Source: Caulobacteraceae bacterium
Lineage (GTDB): Bacteria > Pseudomonadota > Alphaproteobacteria > Caulobacterales > Caulobacteraceae
Assembly: GCA_036488995.1 (NCBI GenBank)
Contig: DASXGQ010000025.1
Span: forward strand, 1-24,000
Direction of reading: 5' to 3'
DNA: 24,000 bases
The notes below the pieces were generated by a model that was given only the letters and a program-made list of their open reading frames with translations, was not told the DNA's origin and searched no databases. Position numbers and translations under genes: made by a program. This document shows, in pieces, positions 7,966 through 14,943 of the stretch (the stretch's first letter is position 1; the number at the start of each line of letters is the position of its first letter).

Positions 7966-8414
7966 GGAATCTCCAGTTGGTGAATTGGGGCGCGCACTGA
8001 AATATGCCGTGCGCTCGATGTTTTCTTAGCCGGTGGCGCTGTCGCGGGGCTGTCTGCGCGGGCGGTCGTTATATTCGACCGGTCGACATCAAATGCGCTT
8101 GCCAGAGATCTAAATCAAGGCCAAAATAATACTGACGGTTCAAAATATTGAAATATTTGTTTTCATCGGTGGTCGCGTTTTGGCCCGAGAAATTATATGG
8201 ATAAAAAGGCTCTAGAAGTCGATTTTGCCACAATGGGTGCGGGTAATTCTTCCGATGTTCGTGACGGTGGGGTCGCAAGTCCAGGATGACCGTCGAAAGA
8301 TTTGTTTTCGACGCTGGGTCATTCCGGCGTGTTTCACATCCGGGCAGATTTGATCACCGGACCCGGTCCGCTCCGACGCACGTTCAGACCCTGACTCGGC
8401 CTTGCAGCTATGGT

Positions 8415-8591
8415 TCAGGCCTCTTCAACGGGAGCCGTGACGCCACGCGCGTGGGCCTCCTTCGCGGCAGGAACCGGCGTTCGCATAGCTCCGCCTTCGT
8501 CTTCCCACTGTTCCAGGTGGTCTTCATTGGGGAGGTGTTCAATTGATTGGCTAGGAAGCGAGGGGCGCTCGCACGATTTTTTCTGGGACAT
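8415..8591 (-). CDS. small hypothetical protein (58 aa), not in the supplied ORF track
   Basis: My own translation: ATG 8591 ... TGA 8415 gives MSQKKSCERPSLPSQSIEHLPNEDHLEQWEDEGGAMRTPVPAAKEAHARGVTAPVEEA. The W-E-D-E-G-G core resembles a motif I recall in short conserved hypothetical proteins (memory only). The track ORF 8286..8546(+) is its in-phase antisense shadow. GC3 is only moderate and there is no strong SD. Confidence 0.45.
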   Translation of the reverse strand: MSQKKSCERPSLPSQSIEHLPNEDHLEQWEDEGGAMRTPVPAAKEAHARGVTAPVEEA

Positions 8592-8779
8592 GACTTCGGC
8601 TCTTCGGATGTGGAAAGATAACCCTCCGCGAGGGCGCCCGATCCCCGTCGAGATAATAAAGTCTTCGTAGCGTAGCGATCTCCTCCGCGGATCGCCATCT
8701 ACGAATATCGCCTTGGCGCTGCGGACGACCGCTTCTGCTGCGCGGCGACAGCGGGAACTGACGTTCCCTGGAGTGCCCG

Positions 8780-9256
8780 ATGTCCGTCGAAAACACTGAC
8801 CTCGAACGCCGCGTTTTGGCGCACGAGCAGATCCTGCAAGCGCTGATGGCCCAGTTGGCGGAAGGGAAGCCGGAATTTCTTAGTCGCATGCGCGATCGTT
8901 TCGCGAGCGCCCGGCGCGGCGCCTATGAACACGACTATGTCGAGACTGCCGACTATGCGGAGGCCTTTCTTCGTGAGGTGATGCGTCTTGGTCGAGTCGG
9001 CAGGGACGCGACACGGGCGACTCCCTCGTCTCTCGCGGCGACGTCCGCACGCCCCGTGACCCGTGGCGCTGACTCGAGGGTTGTGGTCCGGTCGGCGCTG
9101 TCCAGTGGAATCTGGCACGTCACCCGCAACGGTGATTTTTTCGGCGACTTCGTGTCGGAAGAGGCGGCGCGGCTGTCCGCCAAAGGTGCGGCGCGGGAAA
9201 TTCAGCTGCGAGGCGGCCTTGTCGATCTGCAGATCGAGCCCAGCGCCAAGCGCTGA
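8780..9256 (+). CDS. hypothetical protein; the C-terminal ~45 aa loosely resemble DUF2188-type small domains
   Basis: 158 aa. GGAG lies 6 nt upstream of the ATG, and G/C-ending codons predominate. The C-terminus WHVTRNGDFFGDFVSEEAARLSAKGAAREIQLRGGLVDLQI fits a W-x-V...G...F.S.eeA...A...A pattern. I recognise no catalytic motifs. Confidence 0.6.
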   Translation: MSVENTDLERRVLAHEQILQALMAQLAEGKPEFLSRMRDRFASARRGAYEHDYVETADYAEAFLREVMRLGRVGRDATRATPSSLAATSARPVTRGADSRVVVRSALSSGIWHVTRNGDFFGDFVSEEAARLSAKGAAREIQLRGGLVDLQIEPSAKR

Positions 9257-9305
9257 TCGAATCGCCGCTCCCGCATCTCCGCTCCAACGGCTGGCGCCGG
9301 CCGCA

Positions 9306-9330
9306 GCGGAGGTGTGTGGCTCCCCTCCGC
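9306..9330. terminator. hairpin between the convergent hypothetical gene and gcrA
   Basis: GCGGAGG (9306-9312) pairs with CCTCCGC (9324-9330), with an 11-nt loop. No U-tract. Confidence 0.3.
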
Positions 9331-9370
9331 ATGGGTGAGGTCCGCCACGTTCGAGCGGAGACGCCCTCTT

Positions 9371-9892
9371 TCAGATGTACCGCCGCAGGGACCGGGCCAG
9401 TTCGTTCGGGCTCGTCTTCTTCTTGGCCTGCTGGGGCTGATAGGCGAGCTGGGCGTGCTCGACGCAGTAGGGCCGCTCATCCGCCGCCCGGCGCCCGCAG
9501 AAGGTGAATTCCGAGCTCGAGGGATCTCCGATCGGCCACTTGCACATGTGACGGCCGAGGGTGAGGACCGTGGCCCCGCCGGCCTCCTCGACCCGGGCCG
9601 GGACCTGCGGCGCTGCGGGACGCGGCGGCTGCGCCGCGAAGTGCGGTGCGGGCGCAGGCCGGCGCGGCGCTGACGGCGCGGCGCTGACGGGGCGTGCAGG
9701 GCGCGGCGGCTTGAAGGCGACGGGCGCCGGCTGGGACGGCGTCGCGCGGCCAGAGAGGCCGAGGCGGTGGACCTTGCCGATGACCGCGTTGCGCGTCACC
9801 CCGCCGAGCTGCTTTGCGATCTGACTGGCCGATAGGCCATCCAGCCACAGCGTCTTGAGCGTCTCGACCCTCTCGTCCGTCCACCCCATCAC
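9371..9892 (-). CDS. gcrA: GcrA cell-cycle regulator
   Basis: 173 aa. N-terminus WTDERVETLKTLWLDGLSASQIAKQLGGVTRNAVIGKVHRLGLSGR, a Pro/Ala-rich linker, and C-terminus CKWPIGDP...FCG...PYCVEHAQLAY: the canonical GcrA architecture. Confidence 0.93.
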   Translation of the reverse strand: MMGWTDERVETLKTLWLDGLSASQIAKQLGGVTRNAVIGKVHRLGLSGRATPSQPAPVAFKPPRPARPVSAAPSAPRRPAPAPHFAAQPPRPAAPQVPARVEEAGGATVLTLGRHMCKWPIGDPSSSEFTFCGRRAADERPYCVEHAQLAYQPQQAKKKTSPNELARSLRRYI

Positions 9893-10120
9893 AGCCTCCG
9901 CCGCGCTGCCACCACATCTTGTGTCGTGGTCGCCACATGTACGACTCCCGACACAACATATCGTTAACCTTTAGGGGCTGGGATACAATAGGCGCCGTGC
10001 ATCCATCCACAGCTTACTACATATTGAACCGACCCCCGCGCATTTGGCTCAAATCGGCTCCGTGAGGCCGGCGCCGCGGTGGGCTTGCGCAGGGCGACGC
10101 GGTCGCGCACATGCACCCGC

Positions 10121-10939
10121 ATGAAGGACATGCCGGCGCCGATGGTCTCGCCCCCGCTTCCGCGGGAGTATCACGGGCCAAACTGGGAGGGCCTCAGAAC
10201 CCTCTACAAGCGCGAGGTGCGCCGATTCTGGAAGGTCGGCGCCCAGACCCTCGCCGCCCCGGTGGTCACCGCGCTGCTCTACATGCTGGTCTTCGTCGTG
10301 GCGGTGCGCGGCGCGCGGCCGCCGATCGAGGGCGTCGCCTTCGCCACCTTCGTGGCGCCGGGCCTGATCATGATGCAGATCCTGTCCAACGCCTTCGCCA
10401 ACTCCTCGTCGAGTCTTCTGCAGGCGAAGATGAACGGCCTGATCAGCGACTTCCTGATGCCCCCGCTCACGCCCTCCGAGCAGGTCGCCGGCTTCGCCTT
10501 GGGCGCGGCCACGCGTGGGGTGATGGTGGGGGCGGTCACGGCGCTGGCCGTGCTGCCCTTCGCGCACCTGCAGATCGTCCACCTATGGGCGGTGGCCTAT
10601 TTCGGCCTCGGCGCGGCGATCATCATGGGACTGCTGGGCGTGATGGCCGCGATCTGGTCGGTGAAGTTCGACCACATCGCCGCGGTCAGCAACTTCATCA
10701 TCATGCCCATGACTTTCCTGTCGGGGACGTTCTACCTCGTCTCGCGCCTGCCCGAGCCGTTCCGAAGCGCCTCGAAGTTCAATCCGTTCTTCTATCTCAT
10801 CGCCGGCTTCCGCTACGGCTTCGTCGGCCAGGCCGACGGATCCATCGCCGTGGGCGTGGCCTCGACCGCCGTCCTGGCCCTGTTCCTCGCCGGCGTATGC
10901 CACTGGATGTTCAAGAGCGGCTACCGACTGAAGAGCTGA
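10121..10939 (+). CDS. ABC-2 type transporter permease (YadH-like); no adjacent ATPase gene
   Basis: The track ORF starts at 10079; I prefer ATG 10121 (MKDMPAPM...). REVRRFWKVGAQTL followed by six hydrophobic spans is the typical ABC-2 membrane domain. Confidence 0.85.
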   Translation: MKDMPAPMVSPPLPREYHGPNWEGLRTLYKREVRRFWKVGAQTLAAPVVTALLYMLVFVVAVRGARPPIEGVAFATFVAPGLIMMQILSNAFANSSSSLLQAKMNGLISDFLMPPLTPSEQVAGFALGAATRGVMVGAVTALAVLPFAHLQIVHLWAVAYFGLGAAIIMGLLGVMAAIWSVKFDHIAAVSNFIIMPMTFLSGTFYLVSRLPEPFRSASKFNPFFYLIAGFRYGFVGQADGSIAVGVASTAVLALFLAGVCHWMFKSGYRLKS

Positions 10940-11112
10940 GGCCTTCAGTCCCCTGATTATTGGGGATGATCGGGGGTCGATCTGCTGTGCGGCGCAGCAT
11001 TGACATGGGCGGGCGCGACAGCGAGAACCCGCGGCTTCCTGACGTACAGGTCCGTTTGGAGGGCGCTGGGTCGAACCGCGCCCTCTTCATCATTCCAGGA
11101 GGCGTTGAGACC

Positions 11113-12327
11113 ATGGCCTCGACCGCGAGCCCGACCGTTCCCGAAGACCACATCCTGGGCGTGTACAATCGCGCCCCGCTGGCCTTCGAACGAGGCGAGG
11201 GCGCGCGACTCTATACGGCCGACGGCGAGGCCTATCTCGACTGCCTCGCCGGCATCGCCACGACGGGCCTGGGCCATGCCAATCCAAAACTGGTGGCGGC
11301 GCTGAAGGCGCAGGCCGAGAAGCTCTGGCACGTTTCCAACATCTTCCGCATCCCGGGGCAGGAGAAGCTTGCCGCGGCCCTGTGCGAGGCGACCTTCGCC
11401 GAGGTCGTGTTCTTCACCAATTCGGGGACCGAGGCGGTGGAGTGCGCGCTGAAGATGGCGCGACGCTATCACTGGGCGAACGGCGAGCCGGACCGGATCG
11501 AGGTGATTGGCTTCGACGGCGCCTTCCATGGGCGCAGCTATGCGGCGGTGTTCGCCGCGGGCAATCCCTCCTACGTCGAGGGCTTCGGCCCGCCGCTGCC
11601 CGGCTACCGGACCTTGCCGTTCGGCGATCACGAGGCGCTCAAGACGGCGATCGGGCCCAAGACCGCCGCAGTGATCCTCGAGCCCGTGCAGGGCGAGGGC
11701 GGCGCGCGCGCGTTCCCCGAAGTCTGCCTGACGGAGCTGCGCAAGCTCTGCGACGAACAGGGCGTGCTGCTGATCTACGACGAAATCCAGAGCGGCCTTG
11801 GGCGCACCGGCAAGCTGTTCGCCTACGAGTGGGCGGCCGACGCCGCGCCCGACATCATGTGCGTCGCCAAGGCGCTCGGCGACGGCTTCCCGGTCGGCGC
11901 CTGCCTGGCCACTGCCAAGGCGGGTTCGGGAATGGTCGTCGGCACGCACGGCTCGACCTATGGCGGCAACCCGCTGGCCATGGCCGTCGGGCTCGCGGCG
12001 TTCGAGGAACTCACCCGACCCGAGACGGTAGAGAACGTGCGTCGGGCGACCGGCCGCTTCGCTCAGGGCCTGGCAGGCCTGAAGGACCGCTATCCCGACG
12101 TGATCGCCGAGATCCGCGGCAAGGGCCTGCTGATCGGCCTCAAGCTGGTCCCCAACAACCGAGCCTTCATGGCGGCCGCGCGTGAGCGCCGCCTGCTGAT
12201 CGCCGGCGGCGGCGACAACTGCGTGCGCCTGCTCCCCTCGCTTCTGATCACCGAGGCCGAAGTGCAGGAAGCGATCGAGAAGCTGGAGCAGACCTGCGAG
12301 GACACCCGGCGGAGCGCGAGCTCATGA
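11113..12327 (+). CDS. argD: acetylornithine aminotransferase (class III PLP aminotransferase)
   Basis: The track ORF begins at 10960, but AGGAGG at 11096-11101 precedes ATG 11113 (MASTASP...). Motifs: [39 protein letters not shown], and the PLP-Lys context [10 protein letters not shown]. It sits directly upstream of argF. Confidence 0.92.
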   Translation: MASTASPTVPEDHILGVYNRAPLAFERGEGARLYTADGEAYLDCLAGIATTGLGHANPKLVAALKAQAEKLWHVSNIFRIPGQEKLAAALCEATFAEVVFFTNSGTEAVECALKMARRYHWANGEPDRIEVIGFDGAFHGRSYAAVFAAGNPSYVEGFGPPLPGYRTLPFGDHEALKTAIGPKTAAVILEPVQGEGGARAFPEVCLTELRKLCDEQGVLLIYDEIQSGLGRTGKLFAYEWAADAAPDIMCVAKALGDGFPVGACLATAKAGSGMVVGTHGSTYGGNPLAMAVGLAAFEELTRPETVENVRRATGRFAQGLAGLKDRYPDVIAEIRGKGLLIGLKLVPNNRAFMAAARERRLLIAGGGDNCVRLLPSLLITEAEVQEAIEKLEQTCEDTRRSASS

Positions 12328-13247
12328 ACGCGCCCCGTCATTTCCTCGACCTCTGGCGGCTCGAGCCGGAAACGCTGCGGGCGATCCTGGAAGACGCCAA
12401 GGCCCGCAAGTCCGCCCGCAGAGGCTGGTCCCAGGGCCGCGTCGACGCCGACGCGCCCGGCAAGGACCGCACCCTGGCGATGATCTTCCAGAAGAACTCG
12501 ACGCGGACGCGCTTCTCGTTCGACGCGGGCATCCGCCAGCTGGGCGGCGCCAGCGTCATCGCCACGGCGAGCGACATGCAGCTCGGTCGGGGCGAGACGA
12601 TCGAGGACACCGCCCGGGTCCTCTCGCGCATGGTCGACGCGGTGATGATCCGCGCGGTGAGCCACGACAGCATCGAGGCCTTCGCCGAAGCGGCCAGCGT
12701 GCCCCTGATCAACGGCCTGAGCGACCGCAGCCACCCCTGCCAGATCATGGCCGACCTGATGACCTTCGAGGAGCATCGCGGGCCGATCGCGGGACGGACG
12801 GTCGCGTGGATCGGCGACGGCAACAATGTCTGCGCCAGCTTCATCCATGCGGCGGCCAGGTTCGACTTCCGCCTCGTCATCGCCTGTCCCGACGCCTACC
12901 GGCCGCGCCAGAGCGATCTCGACCTTGCGCCAGGCAAGGTAGAGGTCACCTGCGACATGCGGGCGGCGGTCCGCGGCGCCGACTGCGTGGTGGCCGACGG
13001 CTGGGTGTCGATGGGCGATTCCGACTACGAGGATCGCGTGAAGGCTTTCGCGCCCTACCAGGTGGACGAAGCCCTGATGGCCGCGGCAGCGCCGGACGCA
13101 GTCTTCCTCCACTGCCTGCCCGCCCACCGCGGCGAGGAGGTGACGGAGGAGGTGATCGACGGCCCGCGCTCCCTGGTGTGGGACGAGGCCGAAAACCGCG
13201 TCCACGCCCAGAAATCCATCCTCGCCTGGTGCTTCGGCGCGATCTGA
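12324..13247 (+). CDS. argF: ornithine carbamoyltransferase
   Basis: 307 aa with STRTR, HPCQ, DGWVSMG and [10 protein letters not shown] motifs. The start overlaps the argD stop (ATGA). Confidence 0.93.
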   Translation: MNAPRHFLDLWRLEPETLRAILEDAKARKSARRGWSQGRVDADAPGKDRTLAMIFQKNSTRTRFSFDAGIRQLGGASVIATASDMQLGRGETIEDTARVLSRMVDAVMIRAVSHDSIEAFAEAASVPLINGLSDRSHPCQIMADLMTFEEHRGPIAGRTVAWIGDGNNVCASFIHAAARFDFRLVIACPDAYRPRQSDLDLAPGKVEVTCDMRAAVRGADCVVADGWVSMGDSDYEDRVKAFAPYQVDEALMAAAAPDAVFLHCLPAHRGEEVTEEVIDGPRSLVWDEAENRVHAQKSILAWCFGAI

Positions 13248-13264
13248 CGGGCTGCGATCTGGAT

Positions 13265-13287
13265 CCTCCTCCGCGAAGCGGGGGAGG
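13265..13287. terminator. GC-rich hairpin between the convergent argF and response-regulator genes
   Basis: CCTCCTCCGC-GAA-GCGGGGGAGG: a 10-bp stem (one G-U pair as RNA) with a 3-nt loop. No clear U-tract on either strand. Confidence 0.4.
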
Positions 13288-13296
13288 GTCCGGTCC

Positions 13297-13680
13297 CTAA
13301 GCCGCCATGGCCTCGGTCAGGGCGGCGACGAGTTCGCGCTGGCGGACCGGTTTCTGCAGGCGCGGGGCGTCGCGGAGGATCGGAGGTTCGGGGTGACCTG
13401 AGCTGTAGCCGCTGACCACAATGAACGGCACGTGCCGGCGCCGGAGCGCCTCGGCCAGTGCGGTCGGGGTCTCGCCGTCGAGATTGAGGTCCAGAAGCAC
13501 CGCGTCGGGCGTCTCGTCCTCGAGCAGGGCAAAGGCGGGCGCCGAACGCCCCGCCGTTCCGATCACCACGCAGCCCTGATCGGTCAGTTCGGACTCGAGC
13601 TCCATCGCCACGAGGAACTCGTCCTCGACGATCATCACCCGCTTGCCGGTGAGCGTCGAAGCGCCGACCGTGCTGTCCAT
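13297..13680 (-). CDS. single-domain response regulator (receiver only)
   Basis: 127 aa. RVMIVEDEFLVA ... AVLLDLNL ... FIVVSGY ... QKPV. No output domain and no kinase gene adjacent. Confidence 0.9.
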   Translation of the reverse strand: MDSTVGASTLTGKRVMIVEDEFLVAMELESELTDQGCVVIGTAGRSAPAFALLEDETPDAVLLDLNLDGETPTALAEALRRRHVPFIVVSGYSSGHPEPPILRDAPRLQKPVRQRELVAALTEAMAA

Positions 13681-13776
13681 GTCAGGTATCCCGTCCGTCT
13701 AACGGGCACCTTGGACTAAAATTTTAATGAGTGTCAAATCGTACAATTGACGCAGAACAAAGCGGTGAGGCTTTCT

Positions 13777-14820
13777 TCAACCCTGCTCTCCGAGTGTCGG
13801 ATCGGCGCTGATCTGGACCAGCGTCTTACCGAAATTGCCGCCGGACATCATATCGATGAACGCTTTGGGCAGGGTCTCGAATCCATGTCTGCGGTCTTCC
13901 AGGTACTTGACCTCGCCCCGGGCGACCAGTGGCGCCATCTCCGCCAGGAAGCGGTCGTGGTGCTCGGCGACGAAGTCGCCGACGAAGAGGTCGCGCACCT
14001 CCACCTCGCGTTCGGAGAAGATGGTCGCGCCCCTGCGCATCAGGTCGGCGCGCGCATCGCCCGCCTCACCGTAGTGCGCGATCAGGCCGCAGATGACCAT
14101 CCGCGCCCTGGGCTGGAAGAGCGGCAGGGTCGCCTCAAACACGGCCCCGCCCACATTCTCGAAATAGACGTCCACGCCTTGCGGGCAGGCGGCGCGAAGC
14201 TGTTCGGGAAAGTCCGGCGCCAGGTGCGAGACGCAGGCGTCGAAGCCCAGCTCCTCGACCACGAACCTGCACTTCTCCTCGCGGCCGGCGACGCCGACGA
14301 CCCGCATGCCTTTCAGGCGCGCGAGCTGCCCTGCGATCTGGCCCACGCCTCCGGAGGCTGCGGAGACGACCGCCGTCTGGCCCGCCTGCGGCTTTCCCAG
14401 CAGGACCATGCCGGACCAGGCGGTGAGTCCGAGCATGCCGAGCACTCCTACCGCATAGGAGATCGGTCCACGCGCGGGGTCGAGCCTGCGCGGGACCATG
14501 TAGACGGGTCGGGGCACGCCTTCGCCCAGGAGGCCGTACTCCGCCCAGCCCGCGGTGGAGAAGACGAAGTCCCCGGGCGCGAGGCCGTCCAGGCGGCTCT
14601 CGATCACCTGACCGACGGTGCGGGCGTGACACACCTCGCCGGGCTTCTCGACACCCCGGCGTCGATAGCCCCACTGATAGGGATCCAGGGAGACAAAGAT
14701 GGTGCGGGTGAGCGCCTGGCCCGCCGCAGGCTGTGGAATCTCCGCCTGCCTGGCCTCGAAGGTCTCGGGCGTGGGAAGCGGCCTGAGCGGCCGGTCGGCG
14801 AGAGTCCAATATCGGTTCAT
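13777..14820 (-). CDS. NADP-dependent oxidoreductase, medium-chain reductase family (YncB/CurA / alkenal-one reductase-like)
   Basis: 347 aa. Nucleotide-binding AASGGVGQIAGQLARLKG and C-terminal GGNFGKTLV, typical of the zinc-independent MDR / leukotriene-B4 dehydrogenase-like group. Confidence 0.88.
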   Translation of the reverse strand: MNRYWTLADRPLRPLPTPETFEARQAEIPQPAAGQALTRTIFVSLDPYQWGYRRRGVEKPGEVCHARTVGQVIESRLDGLAPGDFVFSTAGWAEYGLLGEGVPRPVYMVPRRLDPARGPISYAVGVLGMLGLTAWSGMVLLGKPQAGQTAVVSAASGGVGQIAGQLARLKGMRVVGVAGREEKCRFVVEELGFDACVSHLAPDFPEQLRAACPQGVDVYFENVGGAVFEATLPLFQPRARMVICGLIAHYGEAGDARADLMRRGATIFSEREVEVRDLFVGDFVAEHHDRFLAEMAPLVARGEVKYLEDRRHGFETLPKAFIDMMSGGNFGKTLVQISADPTLGEQG

Positions 14821-14943
14821 GGCGCGAGGCTAGCTCGTTCGCGGTCGACCGTGAAAGGGCGTACGCAAGGGTCCGGCAGCACGATCTGGCCACAAATCCG
14901 TAGTAGCCGCCCACTCCTTCTCGCCATCAAAATCCCCGGGGCC

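Noticed and set aside
8069-8278. A 69-aa minus-strand ORF inside the AT-rich tract.
   Set aside because: It has only a TTG start, no SD and an odd His/Tyr/Asn-rich composition with no recognisable motif. I treated it as non-coding, though a degraded foreign gene remnant cannot be excluded.
7119-8780. A search for alphaproteobacterial general-stress (EcfG-type) promoters, GGAAC-N16-17-CGTT, upstream of the BON, SPFH and small-ORF genes.
   Set aside because: I found no match in the correct orientation and spacing. The GGAAC occurrences at 8470 and 8754 have CGTT only 2-3 nt away. No such promoter is claimed.
8286-8889. Track ORFs 8286-8546(+), 8408-8698(-), 8410-8670(+) and 8551-8889(-).
   Set aside because: They overlap one another and have poor, Arg/Ser-rich translations. 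8286-8546 is the codon-phase antisense of the 58-aa ORF I prefer (8415-8591). None has a convincing start context.
9202-10010. ORFs overlapping gcrA in other frames (9314-9673, 9477-10010, 9561-9824, among others).
   Set aside because: The GcrA identification is unambiguous, and the alternatives are Arg/Ala/Pro-rich shadow ORFs.
11059-11090. GGGTCGAACCGCGCCCTC resembling a tRNA T-arm/acceptor 3' end (a possible att-site remnant).
   Set aside because: No 5-bp T-stem flanking a 7-nt TTCGAAT-type loop can be drawn, and there is no CCA or acceptor complement. It is better described as a simple 8-bp hairpin.
10049-13300. Alternative-frame ORFs across the permease/argD/argF block (10049-10582, 10111-10956, 10957-11949, 11382-12185, 12090-13205, 12338-12880, 12806-13300).
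   Set aside because: All overlap genes with diagnostic motifs (ABC-2 membrane domain, PLP aminotransferase, STRTR/HPCQ/HCLP). They show the Arg/Gly/Pro bias of off-frame high-GC sequence.
13747-14943. The 5' third of the 1255-aa plus-strand track ORF (TTG start at 13747).
   Set aside because: It is exactly antisense to the well-supported YncB-like oxidoreductase (13777-14820), its translation is Arg/Asp/His-rich with no motifs, and a clean signal peptide begins at ATG 14944. Only 14944-17514 is taken as real.
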